Shown here one piece after another: positions 29,874 through 40,263 of a stretch of 64,000 nt of DNA; the first letter of the stretch is position 1, and each line of letters begins with the position of its first letter. The notes beneath the pieces were generated by a model. The model searched no databases and was not told the DNA's origin. It worked only from the letters and a program-made list of their open reading frames with translations. Made by a program: the position numbers and the translations under genes. Origin of the DNA: Candidatus Binatia bacterium (GTDB lineage: Bacteria > Desulfobacterota > Binatia > Bin18); NCBI GenBank assembly GCA_963664395.2, contig OY761159.2, positions 1,408,001 to 1,472,000 on the forward strand, given 5' to 3'.

Positions 29874-31613
29874 TTAGCTGGGCTCGTTTGCTCCAGGTGT
29901 CTGCCTTTCCCGGACTTTCCCACCAAGGATATCAAGGGCGGTTTTGACCAGCGGGTCTACCGGCTTTACCGGGTTTGGCGGGTCTGGCGGGTTTGGTGGG
30001 TTTGGCTGACCTTGGGCGCTCTTGGGTAGCCGTTGTCCCCCCTTTTGCACGGCAACTTTCAGCTTCCGTCCAAAAAACTGTTCGGCAGATTCCTCTAAAA
30101 TTGTCCGATTCTCTTTCCGTGTCAGCTCCTTCAGATAGGGGTCCTTATCCACTCCAACCTGCAAAGCTGTCTGTGTCAAGTCAAGCAAATAGCTGGACTT
30201 CAAAGCAAAGAAGAGGGAGATTTTCTTTTTCTGAACCGTTGCAAGAAAGCCGTCCCACTGCTCGCCCTGTTCCAATTGATCCACGGTGCCACCCACCACA
30301 GCAGGGGCAGACGCAGGAGCGGAGGGAGAATGCGGGGGGGGAGCTTGCTGAGAGTGACCCTCAGCGTGTGGCACTGCGATTGTACCAGTACTCCGGGGGG
30401 GTTGCCGCGGCGGCGGCGGGGCTGATGGTGCTGGCCTGTCAGAAGTGACTGAGCGCATACTGCCGCTTCCCAATTGATGGTGCAGCTCTTCCAGTTTGGC
30501 AAGCGCTGCGTCGATGGGGAGAACGGGCGGCTGACTCGCAAGCTTGACCAGGGCCATCTCAATGACGAGCTGGGTATAGGCCGACCGCCGCACCGCCTCT
30601 TCTGTCTCCAACAGGAGCGAGAAGAAGCGCTGGAGATCCTCTCGTGAGCGTGAGGCAGCCTGTTTTTGAACTATCTCAACCTCGTGATCCGGAAGATCGG
30701 CCAGGACGGACAGGTCAGAACTCACTTTCGCAACAACGAGATCATGGAAATGTTCGAGCAGGTCGTGACAGAGTCGACGTGGATCATACCCGTATTGATA
30801 CAGATCGCCTGTCAGCCGGAGCACCTGAGCCGGGTCTTCGGCCAGTACCGCCTCAACCACACGAAACAGGGCCTGGCGGTCGGCGACGCCAAGGGCGTCT
30901 CGGACAGACGCTTCATCGACCCGGCCGTTACTCCACGCAACAACCTGGTCGAGGAGGGATTCGGCATCGCGCAGGCTCCCGTCGGCCTCACGCGCAAGCA
31001 GGGCGAGCCCGGCCTCATCACATTGAAAGCCTTCTTCTTGCGTGAGGTGTCTGAGCTGTTGTATGACGTCACGCAGTGGAATGCGCTTAAAGTCGTAGCG
31101 CTGGCAGCGAGACAGAATCGTCTGCAGAATTTTCTGCGACTCCGTTGTCGCAAAAATGAATTTCACATGCGCCGGGGGCTCTTCCAACGTTTTCAGGAGT
31201 GCATTGAACGCTGCATTTGAGAGCATATGCACTTCGTCGATAATAATGACGCGAAAACGGCCCTTTGCCGGTCGATACTGCACGCCTTCGGTCAAATCCC
31301 GGACATTGTCCACTCCAGTATGCGAGGCGCCATCGATTTCCAGGACGTCAATCGCGCTGCCGTTCGTAATCTCCTGACACTGGCTACACACATTACAGGG
31401 ATCTGGAGTTGGCCCGTTATCGCAATTCAACGCCTTGGCCAAGAGCCGGGCTGTTGTCGTTTTCCCTACCCCGCGCGGCCCGGTAAACAGGAAGGCATGA
31501 GCGACGCGATCACTGCGGATCGCATTCCGCAAGGTCCGGGTGACATGCTCTTGCCCAATGACTTCATCGAACGTCTGAGGGCGCCACTTCCGGGCAAGGA
31601 CTAAATAGCTCAT
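29874..31613 (-). CDS. dnaX: DNA polymerase III subunit gamma/tau
   Basis: YLVLARKWRPQTF, GPRGVGKTT, DEVHMLS, LLKTLEEPP, SRC. Confidence 0.97.
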   Translation of the reverse strand: MSYLVLARKWRPQTFDEVIGQEHVTRTLRNAIRSDRVAHAFLFTGPRGVGKTTTARLLAKALNCDNGPTPDPCNVCSQCQEITNGSAIDVLEIDGASHTGVDNVRDLTEGVQYRPAKGRFRVIIIDEVHMLSNAAFNALLKTLEEPPAHVKFIFATTESQKILQTILSRCQRYDFKRIPLRDVIQQLRHLTQEEGFQCDEAGLALLAREADGSLRDAESLLDQVVAWSNGRVDEASVRDALGVADRQALFRVVEAVLAEDPAQVLRLTGDLYQYGYDPRRLCHDLLEHFHDLVVAKVSSDLSVLADLPDHEVEIVQKQAASRSREDLQRFFSLLLETEEAVRRSAYTQLVIEMALVKLASQPPVLPIDAALAKLEELHHQLGSGSMRSVTSDRPAPSAPPPPRQPPRSTGTIAVPHAEGHSQQAPPPHSPSAPASAPAVVGGTVDQLEQGEQWDGFLATVQKKKISLFFALKSSYLLDLTQTALQVGVDKDPYLKELTRKENRTILEESAEQFFGRKLKVAVQKGGQRLPKSAQGQPNPPNPPDPPNPVKPVDPLVKTALDILGGKVRERQTPGANEPS

Positions 31614-31710
31614 ACCATAGCCGATAGTTTGGGCAGTTTGAGGCTGTCCGGTGCGTCACACATGGGGCGACATGCTCGCGCGCGATGTTCGGAACAGGTT
31701 GGGCGTCACT

Positions 31711-31817
31711 GATGATAGCTAGGCTACCCTACGGCACAGGGAGAATTCCGGTACCGCTGCTTCCTTCCGGATCTGACGGATTTCCCGGCTTCCCTTGCGC
31801 AGGACCTAGCTATCACC
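31711..31817 (-). ncRNA. ffs: Signal recognition particle RNA (small bacterial SRP)
   Basis: TCAGATCCGGAAGGAAGCAGC core; terminal stem GATAGCTAGG/CCTAGCTATC; located between tRNA-Ser and dnaX. Confidence 0.93.
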
Positions 31818-31822
31818 ACTGA

Positions 31823-31909
31823 CGGAGAGGGAGGGATTCGAACCCTCGGTACCGTGAGGTACACACGATTTCCAGTCGTGCCCGATCGGCCTGACTCTGG
31901 CACCTCTCC
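31823..31909 (-). tRNA. tRNA-Ser (GGA); CCA not encoded
   Basis: GGAGAGG/CCTCTCC acceptor stem, CACGA-CTGGAAA-TCGTG anticodon arm, long variable arm GTACCTCACGGTAC, GTTCGAATC. Confidence 0.96.
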
Positions 31910-32155
31910 CTTATGTCCACTCTCCAGGGTCACATGTGTGCAAGACGTTTACCACCTCCACAGGACTCCTGCAAGGAAGGGACACGCAGTCTAACGGACC
32001 GAGCAAACACCCACATCAATAATATGCTCCACCCTCCTGGCGGGCGTACGTGAAACTGTCACTTGGGGTCGTTGACACCTTGTCGGGCCTCTGTATCTTG
32101 TGCATCCTGTGCCGAGGACGTTCAGTTGCATCTGCTATAGTGAGAATGCCTTTCT

Positions 32156-32509
32156 ATGGATCAATACGTTCCCGTCCTTATTGCGCTGATCCTGGGTGGG
32201 GTCGTGGCCTTGGTCATGACCTTTGCGAGCACTCTGCTCGGCGTCAAAACACACTCAGCGGTCAAGGATGAAGCGTTCGAGTGCGGTAATCCATCCAGTG
32301 GTTCTGCGCGGGGACGTTTTTCCGTTAAATTCTATCTCGCAGCTATCCTCTTCATCGTCTTTGATGTAGAAGTAGTCTTCCTCTATCCGTGGGCTGTCGT
32401 CTTCCGCCAATTAGGATTGTTTGGATTCATGGCCATGCTGCTCTTCGTTCTGGTTCTGGTTGTGGGTTTGGTCTATGAGGTGAAAAAGGGGGGGCTGGAA
32501 TCTACCTGA
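32156..32509 (+). CDS. nuoA: NADH-quinone oxidoreductase subunit A
   Basis: FECG, FSVKFY..AILFIVFDVE.VFLYPWA. Confidence 0.95.
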   Translation: MDQYVPVLIALILGGVVALVMTFASTLLGVKTHSAVKDEAFECGNPSSGSARGRFSVKFYLAAILFIVFDVEVVFLYPWAVVFRQLGLFGFMAMLLFVLVLVVGLVYEVKKGGLEST

Positions 32510-32526
32510 CCAGCACGTAAGAAGAG

Positions 32527-33036
32527 ATGGCCGAAGCAGACATTCTCTCTCAGATCGAAACGGCATTCCCCGGCACGATACAAGCGCATCACTCCTCGCA
32601 TGGGAATGATACGATTGTCATTGACCGGGCAGACGTGCCGAACGTGTTGGGTCAACTCAAGGAGAACCCGGATTTTGCCTTCAACCTGCTGCTCGACATC
32701 ACTGGGGTAGACTTTTTCGGGCAAGAGCCGCGCTTTGAGGTTGTCTACCACCTCTATTCACTGGTTCATAATCATCGCCTGCGGGTAAAGGTTCGACTCC
32801 CGGAGGAGAGTGCCCACGTTCCATCGGCTTCTTCGGTGTGGCAGTCCGCGAATTGGCTTGAGCGCGAAGTCTGGGACATGTTCGGAATTACGTTTACGGA
32901 CCATCCCGACCTGCGGCGCATCCTGATGTATGAAGAATTCCGCGGCCATCCGCTCCGCAAGGACTATCCGGTCAATAAACGTCAACCCCTGGTCGAAGAA
33001 CGCGACCCCATTACCAACCCATGGCATAAAGGGTAA
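32527..33036 (+). CDS. nuoC: NADH-quinone oxidoreductase subunit C
   Basis: RFEVVYHL, ANWLEREVWDMFG, GHPLRKDYP. Confidence 0.95.
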   Translation: MAEADILSQIETAFPGTIQAHHSSHGNDTIVIDRADVPNVLGQLKENPDFAFNLLLDITGVDFFGQEPRFEVVYHLYSLVHNHRLRVKVRLPEESAHVPSASSVWQSANWLEREVWDMFGITFTDHPDLRRILMYEEFRGHPLRKDYPVNKRQPLVEERDPITNPWHKG

Positions 33037-33042
33037 CAACCT

Positions 33043-34245
33043 ATGGCGGAAGCCGCTGCCCACGCTGAACACGACCCAACCTCTGAAATCATGGAGCTGC
33101 AGATGGGTCCGTCCCATCCGGCAACCCACGGGACAATCAAATTCAACCTCACCCTCGACGGAGAAAAAATACTCAACTGCGATGTCGAGATTGGCTATCT
33201 GCATCGCGGCTTCGAGAAGATGTGTGAGCAACGCACCTGGAATCACTGTATACCGTACACGGATCGCCTGAATTACTCCTCTCCGCTCATCAATAATGTG
33301 GCATTTGCCTTAACTGCCGAACAACTGCTCGGCGTTGAGGTCCCGGAACGCTGTCAATATATCCGGGTCATCATGAGTGAGATCTCCCGGATTACCGACC
33401 ATCTGACGTGTTTGGGCATGTCGGCCGCAGAAGCGGGTGCGATTTCCGTGGGGTTCTATCTTATGGAGTCACGGGAAACGCTGTACGATTTGATCTCAGC
33501 AGTGACGGGCGCACGTCTGACAGTCAGCTATGCCCGGGTCGGCGGCGTGACACACGACCTGCCGAATGACTTTGCCGCTCAAGTGCGGGCTGCGTTCGCT
33601 GACGTGCGTCGCCTCCTCGGTGACTGTGACAAGCTGCTGTCTAAAAATCGCATATTCATTGACCGCATGTCCGGGGTTGGAGCTATTTCGCAGGAAGAGG
33701 CGATTTCATACAGTCTCACCGGTCCTCTGCTGCGGGCCACCGGCGTCCCGTACGATGTCCGCAAGGCGCAGCCATATTCAGGCTACGAGCGTTTTGACTT
33801 TGACATCCCGACAGGCACTCAGGGTGACAATTACGACCGCTTTGCCGTGCGCCTTGAGGAAATCACCCAGAGCATGGCTATTATTGAGCAGGCGCTGAAC
33901 GGTATTCCGAGTGGCCCGATCCGCATTGACGATCCCAATATTACGCTGCCTGAAAAAAACCAGGTATACGGCAATATCGAGGGCCTCATGAACCATTTCA
34001 AGTTGGTCATTGAGGGCGTGAAAATTCCACGGGGAGAGGCGTTTCTGAGTGTTGAAGGCGCAAACGGTGAACTCGGCTTTTATCTGGTGAGTGATGGCAG
34101 CGGGCGTCCGTATCGAGTCCGGGTCCGGCCGCCCTGTTTTTTCGGGATGGCGGCCCTTGGCGAGATGTTACGGGGCTGTCAGATCTCCGATATTATTACG
34201 ACTTTTGGCATGATCAATATGATTGGCGGGGAGTGTGACCGATAA
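33043..34245 (+). CDS. nuoD: NADH-quinone oxidoreductase subunit D
   Basis: GPSHPATHG, GYLHRGFEK, DRLNY, GECDR. Confidence 0.96.
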   Translation: MAEAAAHAEHDPTSEIMELQMGPSHPATHGTIKFNLTLDGEKILNCDVEIGYLHRGFEKMCEQRTWNHCIPYTDRLNYSSPLINNVAFALTAEQLLGVEVPERCQYIRVIMSEISRITDHLTCLGMSAAEAGAISVGFYLMESRETLYDLISAVTGARLTVSYARVGGVTHDLPNDFAAQVRAAFADVRRLLGDCDKLLSKNRIFIDRMSGVGAISQEEAISYSLTGPLLRATGVPYDVRKAQPYSGYERFDFDIPTGTQGDNYDRFAVRLEEITQSMAIIEQALNGIPSGPIRIDDPNITLPEKNQVYGNIEGLMNHFKLVIEGVKIPRGEAFLSVEGANGELGFYLVSDGSGRPYRVRVRPPCFFGMAALGEMLRGCQISDIITTFGMINMIGGECDR

Positions 34246-34249
34246 GGCG

Positions 34250-34303
34250 AGAGCGTCCAGAGCGCTCAAAGCGTCCAGGGCGTCCAGGGCGTTCAGAGCG
34301 CAG
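34250..34303 (+). repeat. Intergenic degenerate 9-bp tandem repeat, 6 units
   Basis: AGAGCGTCC AGAGCGCTC AAAGCGTCC AGGGCGTCC AGGGCGTTC AGAGCGCAG between nuoD and nuoE. Confidence 0.8.
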
Positions 34304-34316
34304 CAGGATTGGTAAC

Positions 34317-34811
34317 ATGGCTGTCCAATTTTCAGAGGAAACGCAGCAACAGTTTGAAGAGGTGCTGACTCGCTATCCGACAAAGCAGGCCGCCATCCTG
34401 CCGACCCTCTGGTTGGCCCAAACAGAGTTCGGCTATCTGAGCCCCGAGGCCATGGAATATATTGCCGGCCTGCTTGACCTGTCTCCAGCCCATGTGGGTG
34501 GTGTCGCGACCTTTTACACCATGTTCTACATGGAGCCGATGGGGAAATGTCATGTGCAGGTCTGCACCAATCTGTCCTGCACCCTGGTTGGCGCTGAAAA
34601 AATTGTCCACTGTCTGGAAGAAAAGCTCGGCGTCAAAGTCGGTCAGACCACCAGCGATACGGTGTTTTCATTGAGTGAGGTTGAATGTCTGGGTTCGTGT
34701 GGCACAGCGCCGGTTGTCCAGGTCAACGACGACTATCACGAGAACCAGACCCCGGAGAGTATGCTCAGCCTTATCGATGAATTGGCAAAACAGGCCCAGT
34801 CGAGACTATGA
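34317..34811 (+). CDS. nuoE: NADH-quinone oxidoreductase subunit E
   Basis: VATFYTMF, CTNLSC and ECLGSC (2Fe-2S ligands). Confidence 0.95.
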   Translation: MAVQFSEETQQQFEEVLTRYPTKQAAILPTLWLAQTEFGYLSPEAMEYIAGLLDLSPAHVGGVATFYTMFYMEPMGKCHVQVCTNLSCTLVGAEKIVHCLEEKLGVKVGQTTSDTVFSLSEVECLGSCGTAPVVQVNDDYHENQTPESMLSLIDELAKQAQSRL

Positions 34812-35899
34812 TTGATTTCATCATCACTTTTACCCTTACCCTTCTGATGATCCTGATGGTGCTCAATCTCGGCGGGCTGCTGTTGTGGGTTGAGCGTAAA
34901 GGGAGCGCGCTCCTGCAGGATCGTATTGGAGCCAATCGAGCGGCCATCTTTGGCAAGCTTCCCTTTAATCTCGGCATCGTAAACACCTTGGTTGCCGACC
35001 CAATAAAGCTGTTTACAAAAGAGGACTTTATTCCTCTGGGGGCCGACAAGCTGCTGCATACGCTTGCCCCAGCCATTAGCTTGGTCCCCTTATTAGTCAC
35101 CTTTATTGTTATCCCATTCGGCGATGTGCTTATTGTTGGCGGACGGGAAATCACGCTCCAGGCCGCAAACCTGAATGTCGGTATTTTGTATGTCCTGGCT
35201 ATGGTCTCACTCAGTGTGTACGGGGTTGTCCTCGGGGGCTGGGCCTCCAATAACCGCTGGGCCATCCTGGGCGGGATTCGCGGCTCCGCCCAGATGATCT
35301 CGTATGAGATTCCCTTGGGGTTGGCGCTCATCGGCGTGGTCCTGACCTTTGGCTCGCTGGATTTACAAGAGATTACGCGCGCCCAGGGTGCTCTGATTGG
35401 CGGCTGGATTCCAGCCTGGGGCATTGTGTATCAGCCGGTCGCTTTTCTGATCTTCTTGGCCGCCGGGATAGCCGAGAGTAAACGGATTCCCTTTGATCTC
35501 CCCGAAGCGGAGTCCGAGTTGATAGCCGGCTACTTCACAGAGTATTCCGGCTCCAAGCAAGCCATGTTCATGCTGGGGGACTTTGTTGAAGTCATTATCG
35601 TCGCCGGGCTGATTACCACCCTCTTCTTCGGCGGTTGGCAAGTACCGTTTCTCCTGCGCGACGGATTCCACTTTCCGTGGGGAGGGACACTCGGCCTGCC
35701 CTCACTTCTGGTGACGCTGCTTCAGGTGGGGTCGTTTACGATCAAGGTGCTCTTCTTTTGCTGGTTCCAAATCATGATTCGCTGGACCCTGCCCCGCTTC
35801 CGCTATGACCAGCTCATAGGCCTGGGCTGGAAAATTCTCCTGCCGCTTGCGCTGGCCAACGTTATGCTGACGGCGCTGATTATTTTACTCTTCGAGTAG
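34808..35899 (+). CDS. nuoH: NADH-quinone oxidoreductase subunit H
   Basis: ERK..QDRIG.NR, AQMISYE, PFDLPEAESEL, PRFRYDQL. Confidence 0.96.
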   Translation: MIDFIITFTLTLLMILMVLNLGGLLLWVERKGSALLQDRIGANRAAIFGKLPFNLGIVNTLVADPIKLFTKEDFIPLGADKLLHTLAPAISLVPLLVTFIVIPFGDVLIVGGREITLQAANLNVGILYVLAMVSLSVYGVVLGGWASNNRWAILGGIRGSAQMISYEIPLGLALIGVVLTFGSLDLQEITRAQGALIGGWIPAWGIVYQPVAFLIFLAAGIAESKRIPFDLPEAESELIAGYFTEYSGSKQAMFMLGDFVEVIIVAGLITTLFFGGWQVPFLLRDGFHFPWGGTLGLPSLLVTLLQVGSFTIKVLFFCWFQIMIRWTLPRFRYDQLIGLGWKILLPLALANVMLTALIILLFE

Positions 35900-35904
35900 A
35901 CACT

Positions 35905-36396
35905 ATGGATTTCGTGACATTCTTTGCCCTTGCCATTCCGTTGGTCGTTATCGCGGTCATGGTCATCGCCCATCCCAGTCCGGTCTATAGTGCCCTCTTC
36001 CTGGTCCTGACCCTCTTTCTTTTGGCGGTCTACTTTCTGTTTCTGGATGCCCATGTGGTCGCCGCGTTACAGATCATTGTCTATGCCGGGGCCATCATGG
36101 TCCTGTTCTTATTTGTGATCATGCTGCTCAATTTGCAGAGCGACACCCAGCGTTCACAGCAACGAGGCTTGGGCAGAGCGGCGATTATTGGCGGCGTCAT
36201 TCTGGTCGCAGAACTTGGCCTGCTGCTGCAACGCTCCTCGTCCGGGCAGGCCGAGAGGGCCGAGCTGCCCGAGAATTTCGGTACCGTCGAAGCCCTGGGC
36301 AGTCAGCTATTTACCACGTATTTGTTGCCCTTTGAAATCACCGGGATACTCCTTTTAGTCGCGGTTGTTGGAGCGGTGGTCTTAGCAAAACGATAG
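35905..36396 (+). CDS. nuoJ: NADH-quinone oxidoreductase subunit J
   Basis: QIIVYAGAIMVLFLFVIMLL, YLLPFE. Confidence 0.95.
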   Translation: MDFVTFFALAIPLVVIAVMVIAHPSPVYSALFLVLTLFLLAVYFLFLDAHVVAALQIIVYAGAIMVLFLFVIMLLNLQSDTQRSQQRGLGRAAIIGGVILVAELGLLLQRSSSGQAERAELPENFGTVEALGSQLFTTYLLPFEITGILLLVAVVGAVVLAKR

Positions 36397-36414
36397 AGAG
36401 CGAAATAGCGAGCT

Positions 36415-36717
36415 ATGGTCCCAATAAGTTACCATCTGATTCTCAGCGCCATCCTGTTCACCATCGGTGTGACTGGCGTGCTCTTGCGACGCAATATCAT
36501 CATCATTTTCATGGCGATTGAACTTATGCTCAATGCCGTCAATCTGTCTTTTGTTGCCTTGGCCCGGCATTTCGGAAATATGGACGGACAAATCATTGTC
36601 TTCTTTGTCATGTCTGTTGCGGCGGCAGAAGTTGCTGTTGGGCTGGCCATTATCCTGCTCGTTTTCCGCGGCAAGGAGACCGTCAATGCGGACGAATTCA
36701 ACCTGATGCGCTGGTAA
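36415..36717 (+). CDS. nuoK: NADH-quinone oxidoreductase subunit K
   Basis: [25 protein letters not shown]. Confidence 0.96.
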   Translation: MVPISYHLILSAILFTIGVTGVLLRRNIIIIFMAIELMLNAVNLSFVALARHFGNMDGQIIVFFVMSVAAAEVAVGLAIILLVFRGKETVNADEFNLMRW

Positions 36718-36748
36718 ACGACCGAACCCAAAAACATATTCTCTGCAC

Positions 36749-36786
36749 TCACTGGGAATTCACTGGGAATTCACTGGGAACTCACT
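36749..36786 (+). repeat. Intergenic 11-bp tandem repeat, about 3.5 units
   Basis: TCACTGGGAAT TCACTGGGAAT TCACTGGGAAC TCACT between nuoK and nuoL. Confidence 0.85.
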
Positions 36787-36803
36787 AGATTGATGCTGTA
36801 ACT

Positions 36804-38696
36804 ATGGAACATCCGCACGCGGCTGAAGTTGCCGTTCAGACAGTCTCGTATCTCCGCTATATCGTTCTCTTTCCCCTGCTGGGGGTGGTGTTCAACCTCT
36901 TCCTGGGCCCCCGATATGGCAGACAGGTCGTGAACTGGGTGTCGCCCGGCATGATCTTCCTGGCCTTCTGTTTTGCGTTTGCGGCCTTTGTCCAACTGCC
37001 GGACGGCGGCGCACTGGTCGATAGTGTCTACCCCTGGATTTACTCAGGGGCGCTGCACGTTGATATTGCGCTCCGGGTTGATCCCCTGTCCGGCACAATG
37101 ATCATGGTCATCACCGGCGTCGGCTTTCTCATCCATGTCTATTCCGTTGGCTATATGGCCCACGACGACGACGTGGTGCGCTACTTTGCCTATCTCAACC
37201 TCTTCACCACCGCCATGCTGCTGCTGGTGCTGGGCGATAATATCCTGCTGCTCTTTGTGGGCTGGGAAGGCGTTGGCCTGTGCTCCTATTTACTCATTGG
37301 CTTTTGGTACACAGACGATGAAAAAGCCAGTGCCGGGAAAAAAGCCTTTATCGTCAACCGGATTGGTGATGCCGGTTTTCTACTGGGTCTGTTCCTCTTA
37401 TTTTGGAGCCTGGCTGCACACGACGTGTGGACGGTGTCGTTCAGCGAAATCGAAGCCCACGCCGCAGTGCTGCCAGTTGCGACTGTCACCATCATCTGCC
37501 TGCTCTTCTTTGTTGGCGCGGCTGGCAAGTCTGCCCAAATTCCGCTCTATGTGTGGCTGCCGGACGCCATGGCCGGCCCCACGCCGGTGAGTGCCCTCAT
37601 CCATGCCGCCACCATGGTGACGGCCGGCATCTATCTGATTGCGCGGCTGCATTTCCTGTATTCAATGTCCCAAACAGCATTAGCCGTTGTTGCCGTGGTC
37701 GGAGCCGCCACGGCCCTGTTTGCCGCCACGATTGCCCTGGTGCAAACCGATATCAAAAAGGTCCTGGCTTACTCAACGGTCAGTCAGTTGGGCTATATGT
37801 TTCTTGGGCTTGGGGTCGGCGCGTATGCGGCGGGGGTGTTTCATGTGATGACCCATGCGTTCTTCAAAGCCCTCCTTTTTCTCGGCGCCGGCAGTGTCAT
37901 CCACGGCATGAGCGAAGAGCAGGACATCCGTAAAATGGGCGGGCTTAAAAGTCGGATGCCCACCACCTATGGGACGTTTGCCATTGGCTGTCTGGCGATC
38001 GCCGGTTTTCCATTTCTGTCCGGCTTTTTCAGTAAAGATCTCATCCTGGAACACGCGTTTGGGAGTCCGCATGGCTCTCCCCTGTTGTGGCTGATGGGGA
38101 CCATCGGAGCAGGCTTGACCGCCTTCTATATGTTCCGCTTATTCTTTGTCACGTTTTGGGGAGAGAACCGTTCTGACCCTGAGGTCGCCCGCCATATTCA
38201 TGAATCGCCCCAAGTCATGACCATGCCCCTGGTGGTTCTCGCCATCCTGTCTTTGATAGGCGGCTATTTTACTGTGCCCGAACTGCTCAGTCCGCTGTAC
38301 GGCCATGCGCATCCCCAGGTGTCGCCACTCGTGAAATATCTGCCAACACTGCTTGGGCTTGGAGGTATTGGGCTGGCGTATCGGCTGTATGTGCAAGACC
38401 CCGGTATGGCCGACCGCCTCAGCCGGCAGTTCTCCGGCCTGCATCGGTTGCTGCTGAATAAATATTATATTGATGAATTCTACGAAGCGGCGATTGTCCG
38501 GCCTCTTCTGGCCGCCTCGGAGTGGCTGTGGAAGGTGTGGGATACGATCGTCATTGACGGCCTGGTCAACGGCACGGCGCAGGTGATGCAGGCCAACGGC
38601 TCGGTCCTGCGCCTGTGGCAAACCGGCAATGTCCAGACCTACGCCCTGTCGTTCTGTTGCGGCGCGATCGTGATTCTGGGGTATTATCTGTGGTAA
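36804..38696 (+). CDS. nuoL: NADH-quinone oxidoreductase subunit L
   Basis: GWEGVGLCSYLLIGFW, GKSAQIPL..WLPDAMAGPTPVSALIHAATMV. Confidence 0.96.
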   Translation: MEHPHAAEVAVQTVSYLRYIVLFPLLGVVFNLFLGPRYGRQVVNWVSPGMIFLAFCFAFAAFVQLPDGGALVDSVYPWIYSGALHVDIALRVDPLSGTMIMVITGVGFLIHVYSVGYMAHDDDVVRYFAYLNLFTTAMLLLVLGDNILLLFVGWEGVGLCSYLLIGFWYTDDEKASAGKKAFIVNRIGDAGFLLGLFLLFWSLAAHDVWTVSFSEIEAHAAVLPVATVTIICLLFFVGAAGKSAQIPLYVWLPDAMAGPTPVSALIHAATMVTAGIYLIARLHFLYSMSQTALAVVAVVGAATALFAATIALVQTDIKKVLAYSTVSQLGYMFLGLGVGAYAAGVFHVMTHAFFKALLFLGAGSVIHGMSEEQDIRKMGGLKSRMPTTYGTFAIGCLAIAGFPFLSGFFSKDLILEHAFGSPHGSPLLWLMGTIGAGLTAFYMFRLFFVTFWGENRSDPEVARHIHESPQVMTMPLVVLAILSLIGGYFTVPELLSPLYGHAHPQVSPLVKYLPTLLGLGGIGLAYRLYVQDPGMADRLSRQFSGLHRLLLNKYYIDEFYEAAIVRPLLAASEWLWKVWDTIVIDGLVNGTAQVMQANGSVLRLWQTGNVQTYALSFCCGAIVILGYYLW

Positions 38697-40249
38697 GCCT
38701 GATCGTTTTCATTCCGCTGCTGACGGCGTTCTTCCTGTTGACCCTCAACAAGGATGCGGTGGAGTTGGCCCGTCGGACCGCCTTTGGCGCTTCGCTGCTC
38801 ACCTTCTTCATCTCGCTCGGCCTGTTCACCGGCTTTGATAGTGAGACCGCCGCGTTTCAATTCGTGGAGCGCTATTCCTGGATCAGCGACTTTGGGATCG
38901 AATACTACGTTGGCGTCGATGGCATCAGCCTGTTCCTCGTCCTGCTGACGACGTTTCTTTCGCCGCTGGTCATTCTGTCCACCTGGAGCAGTGTCGAGCG
39001 GCGGGTCAGAGAGTATCTCTTTTTCTTTCTCATCCTTGAGACCGGCATGATCGGGACGTTTGTCGCGGTTGATGTCTTTCTCTTTTACGTCTTCTGGGAA
39101 GTCATGCTCATTCCCATGTATTTTCTGATCGGCGTCTGGGGTGGTGAACGCCGCATCTATGCCGCCCTCAAATTCCTGCTGTATACCATGGTCGGCAGTC
39201 TCTTGATGCTGGTGGCCATCCTGTATTTGGCGTATTTGCACACTGCCCAACACGGGACCATCACTTTTGACCTGCTGCGCTTGTATAGCCTTGATATTCC
39301 AGTCAACGCCCAAATGTGGCTGTTCGCCGCGTTTGCTTTGTCCTTTGCCATTAAAGTTCCGCTCTTCCCCTTTCATACCTGGCTCCCGGATGCGCACGTT
39401 GAAGCCCCAACCGGGGGGTCTGTCATCCTGGCCGGCGTGCTCCTCAAAATGGGCACCTATGGCTTTCTGCGCTTTGCCCTGCCCCTCTTCCCCGATGCCG
39501 CTCATGCGGCAGTCCCGCTCATCATGACACTCTCAGTGATCGGCATCGTGTATGGTGCGCTGGTCGCCCTGGTGCAGCCGGACATGAAAAAGCTGATTGC
39601 CTACTCGTCCGTCAGCCACCTCGGCTTTATCATGCTCGGGCTGTTTGCGTTCAACATACAGGGCGCTGAAGGCGCGCTGTATCAGATGCTCGGTCATGGC
39701 TTATCAACCGGTGCGCTCTTCCTGTTAGTCGGTGTGGTGTATGAACGCCGTCATACTCGCCTCATCAGTGAGTACGGCGGGTTGTGGAAACAACTGCCGC
39801 TGTTTGCCTCAGTCTTTCTGATTGCCATGCTGTCGTCGATCGGTCTGCCGGGCTTGAACGGATTTGTCGGAGAGTTCCTCATCCTCTTGGGGACCTTTCA
39901 GGCAAACCCGCTCGCTGGTGCGATCGCGGTTTCGGGCATTGTCCTGGGTGCAGTCTATATGCTGCGCATGTATCAGCGTGTTATCTTCGGACCGCTGACG
40001 AACCCGGAGAACGCCAAGCTCGCCGACCTGTCACGGCGTGAGCTGGCCATATTTGTTCCGTTGATCGCCTTGATGCTGCTGATGGGCCTCTACCCCAAGC
40101 CGTTCCTCAGCCGTATGGAGAAGTCAGTGGAAGCCACCTTGGCCCGGATTAACAAAACCTACGAAGAGGCACCGAATACGCATGCTGTGGCACAGACAAA
40201 ACTACGCCTTACCTTTGCTTCTCCGTCTGAAGCCGCAACGCCTGAGTAG
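38690..40249 (+). CDS. nuoM: NADH-quinone oxidoreductase subunit M (probable GTG start overlapping the end of nuoL)
   Basis: GVDGISL, FYVFWE..LIPMY, KVPLFPFHTWLPDAHVEAP. Confidence 0.93.
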   Translation: MVSLIVFIPLLTAFFLLTLNKDAVELARRTAFGASLLTFFISLGLFTGFDSETAAFQFVERYSWISDFGIEYYVGVDGISLFLVLLTTFLSPLVILSTWSSVERRVREYLFFFLILETGMIGTFVAVDVFLFYVFWEVMLIPMYFLIGVWGGERRIYAALKFLLYTMVGSLLMLVAILYLAYLHTAQHGTITFDLLRLYSLDIPVNAQMWLFAAFALSFAIKVPLFPFHTWLPDAHVEAPTGGSVILAGVLLKMGTYGFLRFALPLFPDAAHAAVPLIMTLSVIGIVYGALVALVQPDMKKLIAYSSVSHLGFIMLGLFAFNIQGAEGALYQMLGHGLSTGALFLLVGVVYERRHTRLISEYGGLWKQLPLFASVFLIAMLSSIGLPGLNGFVGEFLILLGTFQANPLAGAIAVSGIVLGAVYMLRMYQRVIFGPLTNPENAKLADLSRRELAIFVPLIALMLLMGLYPKPFLSRMEKSVEATLARINKTYEEAPNTHAVAQTKLRLTFASPSEAATPE

Positions 40250-40263
40250 TACGCGCGAGTGAG

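Noticed and set aside
29874-31613. Programmed -1 frameshift in dnaX
   Set aside because: No A-AAA-AAG slippery site with a downstream hairpin was recognised after domain III.
31820-31823. tRNA-Ser ending in TCA rather than CCA, as a possible integration scar
   Set aside because: Non-encoded CCA is common, and the tRNA-Ser/ffs/dnaX arrangement is intact.
31724-31933. 69-aa ORF
   Set aside because: It overlaps tRNA-Ser and the SRP RNA.
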